Assembly: GCA_028692395.1 (NCBI GenBank) | Contig: JAQUXP010000016.1 | Span: forward strand, 5,600 to 69,599 | Reading direction: 5' to 3' | DNA length: 64,000 bases | From: Lachnospiraceae bacterium | GTDB taxonomy: Bacteria > Bacillota > Clostridia > Lachnospirales > Lachnospiraceae | Shown: positions 17,578 to 25,848 of the stretch, in pieces | Layout of the letters: each line of letters opens with the position of its first letter | Position numbering within the stretch: position 1 is the first letter of the stretch | The notes under the pieces: generated by a model | The model's input: only the letters and a program-made list of their open reading frames with translations | Databases searched by the model: none | What the model was told of the DNA's origin: nothing | Position numbers and translations under genes: made by a program

Positions 17578-18975
17578 ATGGGGAACAGTAGTGAGAATCA
17601 GAAGACAGAGAAGCAGGGAAAGGAGAGGGTGACTTTTTCCGGAAATATTGGTTATGTTCTTGCAGTCGCAGGATCAGCGGTAGGATTGGGAAATATATGG
17701 AGATTTCCTTATCTTGCGGCGAAGTATGGCGGGGGTATGTTTTTGCTGGTGTATCTGATCCTGATGTTGACATTTGGATATGCACTGATTGTGGCAGAGA
17801 CATCTCTGGGGCGTATGTCGGGCAAAAGTCCGCTGGGGGCGTTTCGGCGATTTACCAGGAAAAAATCCATCCGTGTGGGTGGCTGGTTTAATGCGATTAT
17901 CCCTATGCTGATTGTGCCATATTACTGTGTAATCGGTGGATGGGTTACGAAATATCTGTTTGAATATCTGCGGGGCAGCTCCAGTGCATTGGCGAAGGAA
18001 GGATATTTTAACGGTTTTGTATCCAATTCGGTTTCTGCTGAATTCTGGTTCCTTGTATTTGCGGTAGCTGTCTTTGTTGTTATTCTGGCAGGTGTGGAAA
18101 ATGGGGTGGAGAAGGTATCCAAGATTATGATGCCGATTCTGATCGTTTTGGCAGTCATTATCGCCGTGTATTCTGTTACCCGCCCGGGAGCGATAGAGGG
18201 TGTGAAGTACCTTCTGATTCCCAACATGGATAATTTTTCAATTATGACGGTGGTGGCCGCTATGGGGCAGATGTTTTATTCCCTGTCCATAGCCATGGGA
18301 ATTCTGTATACCTATGGGTCTTATCTGAAAAAAGATATTGATGTAGAAAAATCGACTTCCCAGCTGGAGCTTTTCGATACGGCAATTGCACTTTTGGCGG
18401 GACTTATGATTATACCGGCAGTATTCGCTTTTTCCGGCGGTACACCGGAGAATCTGCAGGCGGGACCGTCTCTGATGTTTATCACGATTCCCAAGGTGTT
18501 TGACAGTATGGGAGCCGGAAATATTGTGGGATTCATCTTCTTTTTGATGGTGCTTTTTGCAGCTCTGACCAGTGCAATCTCTCTGATGGAGACAGGAGTT
18601 TCCACTTTGATGGATGAACTGGGCGGTTCAAGATGGAAGAACAGTATCCTGATGTTTCTCATCATGGTGGTCCTGGGCTCTGCCAGTGCGCTGGGATTTG
18701 GTGTATGGGATTTTGTGAAAATATTTGGAATGTCTATCCTGGACTTTTTCGATTTCCTGACAAATTCTATTATGATGCCGATTGCAGCACTGTTTACCTG
18801 TATTCTGGTTGTGTATGTGGTAGGCTTCAAAAATATTGCAAAGGAAGTGAAGCAATCCTCTGCATTTCGCCGACAGAAGCTCTTTGAGATTATGATAAAA
18901 TATATCGTTCCGGTCTGTCTTTTGATTATTCTGATCAGTTCCGTAGCAAACGTGCTGGGATGGATTGAACTGTAG
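17578..18975 (+). CDS. sodium-dependent transporter (SNF / neurotransmitter:sodium symporter family)
   Basis: GLGNIWRFPYLAAKYGGG and about 11-12 TM helices are present. ATG 17578 lies 9 nt after AGGAG, and GTG 17572 lies too close to the RBS. Confidence 0.9.
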   Translation: MGNSSENQKTEKQGKERVTFSGNIGYVLAVAGSAVGLGNIWRFPYLAAKYGGGMFLLVYLILMLTFGYALIVAETSLGRMSGKSPLGAFRRFTRKKSIRVGGWFNAIIPMLIVPYYCVIGGWVTKYLFEYLRGSSSALAKEGYFNGFVSNSVSAEFWFLVFAVAVFVVILAGVENGVEKVSKIMMPILIVLAVIIAVYSVTRPGAIEGVKYLLIPNMDNFSIMTVVAAMGQMFYSLSIAMGILYTYGSYLKKDIDVEKSTSQLELFDTAIALLAGLMIIPAVFAFSGGTPENLQAGPSLMFITIPKVFDSMGAGNIVGFIFFLMVLFAALTSAISLMETGVSTLMDELGGSRWKNSILMFLIMVVLGSASALGFGVWDFVKIFGMSILDFFDFLTNSIMMPIAALFTCILVVYVVGFKNIAKEVKQSSAFRRQKLFEIMIKYIVPVCLLIILISSVANVLGWIEL

Positions 18976-18986
18976 TAATATAGATC

Positions 18987-19037
18987 ACTATTCAGCAGAT
19001 CGGTGCATATACTGCACAGACCGTGAGGAAGTGATAT
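18987..19037 (+). repeat. short repeat B, copy 1 (about 50 nt, contains hairpin GTGCA-tatac-TGCAC)
   Basis: About 39 of 51 positions are identical to 59264-59313, including an identical 15-mer TACTGCACAGACCGT. Confidence 0.6.
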
Positions 19038-19053
19038 AAGAGTGGGGCATATC

Positions 19054-19264
19054 AGTGACCGGAAATCCCTTATGAGGGCGGAACACATTTGCAGAAGTCC
19101 TAAGTATACCAAAACAACCGATTTTGCGTTATAAAAAATCAGCATACTGTCTGAGCACAGCGAGTTTATGTTGATTTTTTATGCTTTTAGCAAAATCGGT
19201 TGTTTTGTGTATACTCTTGGACTTCGAAACCGTGTTCCGCCCTCATAAGGGATTTCCGGTCACT
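19054..19264 (-). repeat. long-hairpin repeat family, copy 3 (complete, reverse orientation, subfamily B)
   Basis: In this 211-bp imperfect palindrome, AGTGACCGGAAATCCCTTATGAGGGCGGAACAC pairs with its complement at 19232-19264. The core motifs are present as reverse complements. Confidence 0.9.
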
Positions 19265-19276
19265 CAGGTGCGACTA

Positions 19277-21142
19277 TTATAGGTTTTTGGTTGCCAGAGC
19301 TCGTGTTGCGTTAATTACGGCGATGACCATAACACCAACATCGGCGAAGATCGCAACCCACATATTTGCAATACCCAGAGCACCCAGCAGCAGGCAGAGA
19401 AACTTGACTGCCAAAGCGAAGATGATATTCTCGTAGACGATACGCAGGGTTTTGCGGGATATCTTCATAGCAAGGGCGATCTTGGAAGGATCATCGTCCA
19501 TCAAAACGATATCTGCCGCTTCGATTGCGGCATCTGATCCCATGGCACCCATGGCGATTCCGATATCGGCACGGGAGAGAACAGGAGCATCATTGATTCC
19601 GTCACCGACGAAAGCCAGCTTTTCTTTTTCTGGTTTTTCAGCCAGTATTTTCTCGATCTGGTTTACCTTATCAGCAGGAAGCAGTTCACTGTGAACTTCA
19701 TCCAGCCCCAGCGTTTTTGCCACGCTGTCAGCTACCTTTTTGGAATCTCCGGTTAACATGATGGTCTTTCTGACACCAGCCGCCTTTAGATCACGGATGG
19801 CATCAGCAGCATGTTCCTTGATGACATCGGAGATGAGCAGATAGCCAACGTAGCTTTGATCTACCGCTATATGAATGACGGTTCCCACGCCATCGGGAGT
19901 GGAAGGCGTAATGTTATTTTCCTTCATCAGTTTTTCATTTCCGGCAAGGATGGTATGACCTTCTACCAGGGCACTTACGCCGTGTCCGCTGAATTCTTTC
20001 ACATCTGCCACAAGCGTTGTATCGATGGACTGACCGTAAGCCTCTTTCAGACTTTTACTGATGGGGTGAGTGGAGTAGCTTTCAGCGTAGGCTGCGTAGC
20101 GAAGCAGTGTATCCTTGTCTGTATGCTCCGGGTGAATCTCGGTTACCTTGAAAACACCCTTCGTCAATGTTCCGGTTTTGTCAAATACCACATAACCGGA
20201 CTGAGAAAGAATCTCCAGATAATTGGAGCCTTTGATCAGGATACCCCGGGCAGAAGCACCACCGATTCCACCAAAGAAGCTCAAAGGAATGGAGATTACC
20301 AGTGCACAGGGACAGCTGATTACAAGGAAGGTCAGTGCACGGCTGATCCATTCGCCAAAGTTTGAAGCATTTCCCATCAAAAGATTTATAATCGGTGGGA
20401 GCAGTGCCAGTGCCAGTGCTGCATAACAGACAAAGGGGGTATAGTACCGGGCAAAGCGCGTGATAAAATTCTCGGACCTGGATTTCTTCATGCTGGAGTT
20501 TTCTACCAGATCAAGGATCTTGGAAACCGTGGATTCCTCGAAGGCTTTTGTGGTCTTTACCTTGATCATACCGGACAGATTCACACATCCGCTGATAATC
20601 TCATCGCCACTGTTAATGTCCCGGGGAACACTTTCACCGGTGAGCGCACTGGTATTTAAGGTGGAAGAACCCTCTACGACAATTCCGTCCAGAGGAACCT
20701 TTTCACCGGGCTGTACGATGATAATGCTGCCGGGTGTTACCTCATCAGGATCTACTTTTTCAAGTTTTCCGTTGACTTCCATATTGGCATAGTCAGGACG
20801 GATATCCATCAGTGCGGTAATATTTTTCCGGCTCTTTCCTACGGCATAGCTCTGGAAGAGTTCACCAATCTGGTAGAAGAGCATAACTGCAACACCCTCC
20901 AGATACTCGCCCAGACACATGGCACCTACGGTCGCCACTGCCATCAGGAAATTCTCATCAAATACTTCACCGTGAATAATGCCAAGAATTGCTTTCTTCA
21001 GGATGTCGTATCCAATTACAAGATACGGAATCAGGAACAGGACAGCTCTGATCCACCCTTTCAGGGGCAGCAGCGAGATCAGTACAATCAATACTGCTGC
21101 CAGGATAATACGGTATAATACCTTCTTTTGCTTTCTGGTCAT
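19277..21142 (-). CDS. heavy-metal (Cd/Zn/Co-type) translocating P-type ATPase lacking an N-terminal metal-binding domain
   Basis: CPCALVIS, DKTGTLT, the HP locus (STHPISKS) and GDGINDAP are present. The start is ATG 21142 (AAGGGA RBS) or TTG 21163. Confidence 0.9.
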   Translation of the reverse strand: MTRKQKKVLYRIILAAVLIVLISLLPLKGWIRAVLFLIPYLVIGYDILKKAILGIIHGEVFDENFLMAVATVGAMCLGEYLEGVAVMLFYQIGELFQSYAVGKSRKNITALMDIRPDYANMEVNGKLEKVDPDEVTPGSIIIVQPGEKVPLDGIVVEGSSTLNTSALTGESVPRDINSGDEIISGCVNLSGMIKVKTTKAFEESTVSKILDLVENSSMKKSRSENFITRFARYYTPFVCYAALALALLPPIINLLMGNASNFGEWISRALTFLVISCPCALVISIPLSFFGGIGGASARGILIKGSNYLEILSQSGYVVFDKTGTLTKGVFKVTEIHPEHTDKDTLLRYAAYAESYSTHPISKSLKEAYGQSIDTTLVADVKEFSGHGVSALVEGHTILAGNEKLMKENNITPSTPDGVGTVIHIAVDQSYVGYLLISDVIKEHAADAIRDLKAAGVRKTIMLTGDSKKVADSVAKTLGLDEVHSELLPADKVNQIEKILAEKPEKEKLAFVGDGINDAPVLSRADIGIAMGAMGSDAAIEAADIVLMDDDPSKIALAMKISRKTLRIVYENIIFALAVKFLCLLLGALGIANMWVAIFADVGVMVIAVINATRALATKNL

Positions 21143-21174
21143 AATATGTTCCCTTCGTGTCAATAATGGATGAT

Positions 21175-21396
21175 TTAGATAAAAATTTCGCAGTCAGGTT
21201 CTACCTTGCGGCAGGCTTTTAATACGGCACTCATAACACCAGACTCATCAGCACTTTCCTCAAAATCAATCTTCATTTTCTGAGTCATAAAGCTAACAGT
21301 TGCATCAGCAATACCGGTAACTTTTTTAGCAGCATCTTCCATTTTCTGTGCACATGCAGCGCAGTCTACTTCGATTTTATAAGTTTTTTTCATCAT
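21175..21396 (-). CDS. stand-alone heavy-metal-associated (HMA) domain protein
   Basis: The 73-aa protein has the CxxC motif DCAACAQKMEDAAKKV. It resembles the N-terminal domain normally fused to CadA-type ATPases. Confidence 0.75.
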   Translation of the reverse strand: MMKKTYKIEVDCAACAQKMEDAAKKVTGIADATVSFMTQKMKIDFEESADESGVMSAVLKACRKVEPDCEIFI

Positions 21397-21476
21397 TTTT
21401 CCTGGTTCATCGCAGAGCAGATGAAATGATCCGGATGAACATTCCCTTTCTTTGTTGTTGTGTTATATTCTGTTTT

Positions 21477-21833
21477 TTATTCCTCTACATGTTCCATCCC
21501 CATGTTGATGATATTTCTTACATGATCATCATCCAGAGAATAGAAGATGATTTTTCCATCCCGTCGAAAACGTACCAGCTTGGAATTTTTCAGGATACGA
21601 AGCTGGTGACTGACGGAAGACTGGCTCAGGTTCAGGATCTGTGCGATATCACCGACACAGAGTTCCCCTTCCGAAAGCGCATACAGAATCTTAATTCTGG
21701 TGGAATCGCCAAATACCTTAAAGAGCTCTGCAAGATCATAGAGCACTTCATCATCCGGCTGACATTCCAGTACCTTCTGGACAACTTCGTCGTGCGCCGC
21801 CAGCATATCGGTGGTTTTATCTGCCATAGTCAT
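21477..21833 (-). CDS. ArsR/SmtB family metalloregulator
   Basis: The motifs LFKVFGDSTRIKILYAL, ELCVGDIAQILNLSQSSVSHQLRILK and a DDDH alpha-5-type site are present. Confidence 0.85.
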   Translation of the reverse strand: MTMADKTTDMLAAHDEVVQKVLECQPDDEVLYDLAELFKVFGDSTRIKILYALSEGELCVGDIAQILNLSQSSVSHQLRILKNSKLVRFRRDGKIIFYSLDDDHVRNIINMGMEHVEE

Positions 21834-21873
21834 AGTTCCTTTCTGTTCATTCTATTTAAAACATATGAGCACT

Positions 21874-21915
21874 TGTTCATATGAACATAATACTATGAAC
21901 ATCCACGAATGTCAA
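21874..21915 (-). promoter_or_regulatory. candidate promoter and operator of the metal operon
   Basis: On the minus strand, TTGACA (21915-21910) is followed by a 17-nt spacer and TATTAT (21892-21887). A perfect 14-bp palindrome TGTTCATATGAACA (21874-21887) follows immediately. Extra TGTTCAT/ATGAACA half-sites lie nearby. Confidence 0.55.
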
Positions 21916-21935
21916 TACAAAAATCTCATAGATCG

Positions 21936-21970
21936 AAAAAAACAGGATGTCGGCACACGCCGGCATCCTG
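21936..21970 (-). terminator. rho-independent terminator of the ROK regulator gene
   Basis: On the minus strand, CAGGATGCCGGCGTGTGCCGACATCCTG is followed by TTTTTTT. Confidence 0.7.
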
Positions 21971-21997
21971 CTCTGCTCTATCATAAGAAAATGGAGG

Positions 21998-23125
21998 TTA
22001 CTGCCCGATTTCGTTTAGAAAGTCTTTGATGAAGGGGATCGCTGCTCCGATGGATACGGAGTCCGTGCGGCATCTTCCGGGAATAATATAAGAAGTGTCA
22101 TCCTGGAAGGTGGAGCGCCTGGATACCTGCTGTCTTACAAGCTCGATATCTTCATTGGTAAAGTACGGGGTGACATGGCCGCCAAGCACAATCGTGCACT
22201 CTAAAACCATGTGAAGGTTATTGATCAGAATAGAGAGATGATCCAGATATTCCTCCCATCTTTTTTGACAGGAAGGATCACCCTGATCTTTGGCGGCGAA
22301 AAAGTCCTCCAGCTCCTGAGAAGAATCCAGCAGGGAGTTGGCGGAGCAGTAGCATTCGGCGCAGCCTTTCTTTCCGCAGTAGCAGGTGATACCATCCGGA
22401 ACCAGTGTCATGTGTTCAAAGGTGCCGGATTTTCCTGTTGGGCCGCTTTGCAGCTCGCCGTTGATAATAATAGCACCGCCAAGATGATAACCCAGAGAAA
22501 TGTAGATGGCATCCTTTAACTCCGGATTTTCCCAGAGCTCGATGTTGGAGGCACATTCGGAATCATGGAGGAACTTGCAGGGAGTCGAGAAAGCATCCGA
22601 AAAATCATGGATGGAAAGACCGGTGGAGTTTGAGATTGCTCCATAAGTGATCTGAGTACCATCCGGTGAAGTCAGCCCCTGTATTCCAAGACCAATTCCC
22701 AGAAGCTGTTCTTCCTTATATCCATGTTTTTGCAGAAAGTCTTTTACGATGTTTCCAAGCTTCTTAAAGTAAGCTGTTTCCGGCTGAAAGGTTACCTCAT
22801 ATTGTTCTTTTATTTCTTTCTTTCCATAAAGATTTAGCGCAACGATATAGATACTGCGAGGCAGGATCTCAATTCCTATGGAAAGTCGTGCGGTAGCGAG
22901 AATCTGATATGCCACAGCACGGCGGCCTACAGTAGAAGTCAGCTGTCCGCACTTTTCAATCAGCTCTTCGGATAACAGCGTGCTAAGATGCTGGGAGACC
23001 GTTGGCAGACTCATGGTAAGTGCCGTAGCTATCGCCTGTTTTGAGCATCCGGGATTGGAATAAATATAGTGATAAACGTCTGATAAATTTTTTTTCTTAA
23101 TATCTGTAAGGGAAAAAGTATCCAT
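21998..23125 (-). CDS. ROK family transcriptional regulator
   Basis: An N-terminal wHTH (CSKQAIATALTMSLPTVSQHLSTL) is followed by a ROK sugar-kinase-like fold with a Cys motif (CYCGKKGCAECYCS). I moved the start to ATG 23125 (AAGGAGA RBS). Confidence 0.8.
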   Translation of the reverse strand: MDTFSLTDIKKKNLSDVYHYIYSNPGCSKQAIATALTMSLPTVSQHLSTLLSEELIEKCGQLTSTVGRRAVAYQILATARLSIGIEILPRSIYIVALNLYGKKEIKEQYEVTFQPETAYFKKLGNIVKDFLQKHGYKEEQLLGIGLGIQGLTSPDGTQITYGAISNSTGLSIHDFSDAFSTPCKFLHDSECASNIELWENPELKDAIYISLGYHLGGAIIINGELQSGPTGKSGTFEHMTLVPDGITCYCGKKGCAECYCSANSLLDSSQELEDFFAAKDQGDPSCQKRWEEYLDHLSILINNLHMVLECTIVLGGHVTPYFTNEDIELVRQQVSRRSTFQDDTSYIIPGRCRTDSVSIGAAIPFIKDFLNEIGQ

Positions 23126-23337
23126 ATGCGTCTCCTTCAATTGTTTCAAATAATGGCGGCTGTCTGGAAAATGTCCCTGGCGTCCAATAAACCATTTTAT
23201 AAAATTATACAACGTAATGAGAAAAAAGGAAAGCCAATAGGTTCTGTGAAAAGTGCATAAATTCCAGGCTCAATATTTGGATATATTAGCATATTGCATA
23301 AATGAAAAAAATGTTATATTATGTAAATGCATTAAAC

Positions 23338-23375
23338 AAAATCATTTTACAAAATAGAAGAGCAAAAATGATTTT
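23338..23375. promoter_or_regulatory. 11-bp perfect inverted repeat AAAATCATTTT-(16 nt)-AAAATGATTTT immediately upstream of the SDR gene RBS
   Basis: The repeat was read directly from the sequence. It lies in the divergent ROK/SDR intergenic region. It could be an operator or a leader hairpin. Confidence 0.35.
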
Positions 23376-23395
23376 CAAAAAGAAAGGTGGATATT

Positions 23396-24172
23396 ATGGG
23401 AATTATTGAGAAGATGAAACTGGACGGAAAAAAAGGTTTTGTAACAGGCGCAGCAAGAGGAATCGGAAAATGTACTGCAACAGCATTTGCAGAAGCAGGG
23501 GCTGACGTAGCTATCGTTGATCTTGATTTTGAAGAGGCACAGAAGACCGCACAGGAAATTGCAGAGGCGACCGGAAGAAAAGTAATTGCCATCAAGACAG
23601 ACTGCACCAGCAAGGAGCAGGTGGATGCCATGGTACAGCAGGTAGTAGAGGAGCTGGGCGGACTTGACTTCTGCCATAACAATGCAGGAATCTGTATCAA
23701 TGCTCCGGCAGAGGAGATGACTTACGAGCAGTGGAATAAGGTCATCAACATCAATTTAAATGGTATCTTCCTCACAGATATCGCAGCCGGAAAGTATATG
23801 CTGGCAAATGGTGGCGGTTCCATCATTAATACAGCTTCCATGTCTGCACATATTGTAAATGTACCTCAGCCACAGTGTGCATACAATGCCTCCAAGGCAG
23901 GTGTTATCCAGCTGACCAAGTCACTGGCCATCGAGTGGGCAAAACGTGGTGTGCGTGTAAACTGCATCAGCCCGGGATACATCGGAACAGAACTGACTTT
24001 GAACTCACCTACTTTGATTCCTTTGATTGAGCAGTGGAATCAGATGGCACCACTTGGAAGAATGGGAAAACCGGAGGAACTGGAATCCATCTGTGTATAC
24101 CTGGCAGGAGATACAAGCTCCTTCACCACCGGATCTGACTTCACCATCGACGGAGCATTTACCTGCTTCTAA
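23396..24172 (+). CDS. SDR family oxidoreductase
   Basis: TGAARGIG, NNAG and the YNASK catalytic motif are present. ATG 23396 follows AAAGGTGG. Confidence 0.85.
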   Translation: MGIIEKMKLDGKKGFVTGAARGIGKCTATAFAEAGADVAIVDLDFEEAQKTAQEIAEATGRKVIAIKTDCTSKEQVDAMVQQVVEELGGLDFCHNNAGICINAPAEEMTYEQWNKVININLNGIFLTDIAAGKYMLANGGGSIINTASMSAHIVNVPQPQCAYNASKAGVIQLTKSLAIEWAKRGVRVNCISPGYIGTELTLNSPTLIPLIEQWNQMAPLGRMGKPEELESICVYLAGDTSSFTTGSDFTIDGAFTCF

Positions 24173-24224
24173 ATTATAGAAAGGGAAGGGATTGCCGTAT
24201 CTTTTTGGGCGGCAGTCCCATGGG

Positions 24225-25832
24225 ATGAAGAAATACATGAATGCAAAAGAATGTATCATACAAGGAAAAACTGCTCTGGGAATCGAGCTTGGCTCCACCA
24301 GAATCAAAGCGGTTCTGATTGATCTTTCCGGCAACGTTCTGGCCGTGGGAATTCACGACTGGGAGAATTCACTGGTGAACAATATCTGGACCTATGGTCT
24401 GGAGGAGATTCATCAGGGGATACGAAGCTGCTATGCCTCTCTTAGAGCGGAAGTCTGGGATACTTATGGTATTACACTGAAGACGGTAGGTGCCATGGGT
24501 GTCAGTGCTATGATGCATGGATATATGGCACTGAATAAAGATGGAGCGCAGATTGCACCCTTCCAGACATGGAGAAATACCAACACACAGGAAGCGGCCG
24601 ATGAGCTGACAGAGCTTTTGGGCTTTAATATTCCACTGAGATGGACGGCAGCGCATCTGTATCAGCGAATCCTGGATGGGGAAGCTCATGTAAAGGAAAT
24701 CGCTTATGTCTCCACCTTAAGTGCTTATATTCACTGGAAATTAACCGGTCAGAAGGTGATCGGTATCGGTGATGCTGCAGGCATGTTTCCTATTGATTCC
24801 GAGAAGCTTGATTACGATGCAGACAGATGCAGAAAGTTTCAGGCACTTCTTGAAAAACATGGATTTTCCCAGAAACTGGAGGATATCTTCCCGAAAGTGC
24901 TGACAGCAGGAGAAGAGGCAGGACGACTGACAAAAGAGGGCGCAGCATTTCTGGACGATACAGGAGAGCTGCAGGAGGGGATTCCCTTATGCCCACCGGA
25001 GGGAGATGCGGGAACCGGTATGACCGCCACCAATTCTGTTGCCCCAAGGACCGGAAATGTCTCTGCAGGAACCAGCACATTTGCGATGATTGTTCTGGAG
25101 AAGCAGCTGAAAAAGGTTTACCGTGAAATCGATATGGTGACAACACCCACAGGCTTCCCCTGTGCCATGTCTCATGCGAACAATGGAACCTCAGATCTGA
25201 ATGCCTGGGTGAATCTTTTTGGAGAATTTGCAGCACTGATGGGTGTTTCCACAGATATGGGAACTCTGTTCCGAAAGCTGTATACAAAATCTCTGGAGGG
25301 TGATCCGGACTGCGGCGGACTTTTGGCCTATGGCTATTATTCCGGTGAAAATATTACGATGTTAAATGAAGGACGTCTGGCCTTCCTTCGAACAGCAGAC
25401 AGCAGGTTTAACCTTGCCAATTTTATGAAAGTAAATCTTTACACTTCTTTAGGTGCAGTCAAGCTGGGACTGGATATCCTTATGGAGGATGAGAAAGTAA
25501 AGGTTGACCGTATTATGGGACACGGTGGCTTTTTCAAGACAAAAGGTGTGGGACAGAGATATCTGGCAGCTGCAGTGCAGGCACCGGTAACAGTTATGGA
25601 TACAGCCAGTGAGGGTGGTGCCTGGGGAATCGCCCTCCTTGCCGCATATCTCATCGATGGAAAGAAAGAGGAAAAGCTGGAAGACTATCTGAACAACAGA
25701 ATCTTTGCAGAGCTTTCAGGAGAAACCATCACACCTTCCAAAGAGGAAATAGAAGGATTTCAGGTATTTATGGAACATTACAAATCAGGACTCGCAGTGG
25801 AGAAATGTGCGATTGAGTCGATAAACTGGTAG
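24225..25832 (+). CDS. FGGY-family carbohydrate kinase (xylulokinase-like)
   Basis: The N-terminal motif GIELGSTRIKAVL and the roughly 535-aa size fit the family. The start is uncertain (TTG 24192, ATG 24225 or ATG 24237). Confidence 0.8.
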   Translation: MKKYMNAKECIIQGKTALGIELGSTRIKAVLIDLSGNVLAVGIHDWENSLVNNIWTYGLEEIHQGIRSCYASLRAEVWDTYGITLKTVGAMGVSAMMHGYMALNKDGAQIAPFQTWRNTNTQEAADELTELLGFNIPLRWTAAHLYQRILDGEAHVKEIAYVSTLSAYIHWKLTGQKVIGIGDAAGMFPIDSEKLDYDADRCRKFQALLEKHGFSQKLEDIFPKVLTAGEEAGRLTKEGAAFLDDTGELQEGIPLCPPEGDAGTGMTATNSVAPRTGNVSAGTSTFAMIVLEKQLKKVYREIDMVTTPTGFPCAMSHANNGTSDLNAWVNLFGEFAALMGVSTDMGTLFRKLYTKSLEGDPDCGGLLAYGYYSGENITMLNEGRLAFLRTADSRFNLANFMKVNLYTSLGAVKLGLDILMEDEKVKVDRIMGHGGFFKTKGVGQRYLAAAVQAPVTVMDTASEGGAWGIALLAAYLIDGKKEEKLEDYLNNRIFAELSGETITPSKEEIEGFQVFMEHYKSGLAVEKCAIESINW

Positions 25833-25848
25833 ATGAGAGGAACTTTTT

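Noticed and set aside
18321-19145. Long antisense ORFs opposite strongly supported genes. Examples are 18321..19145, 27434..28231, 28609..29508, 30725..31486, 34475..35368, 42253..42942, 45295..45990 and 60725..61558.
   Set aside because: Each is fully nested in a CDS with clear family motifs on the other strand. None has recognisable domains, and their composition is skewed. These are typical shadow ORFs.
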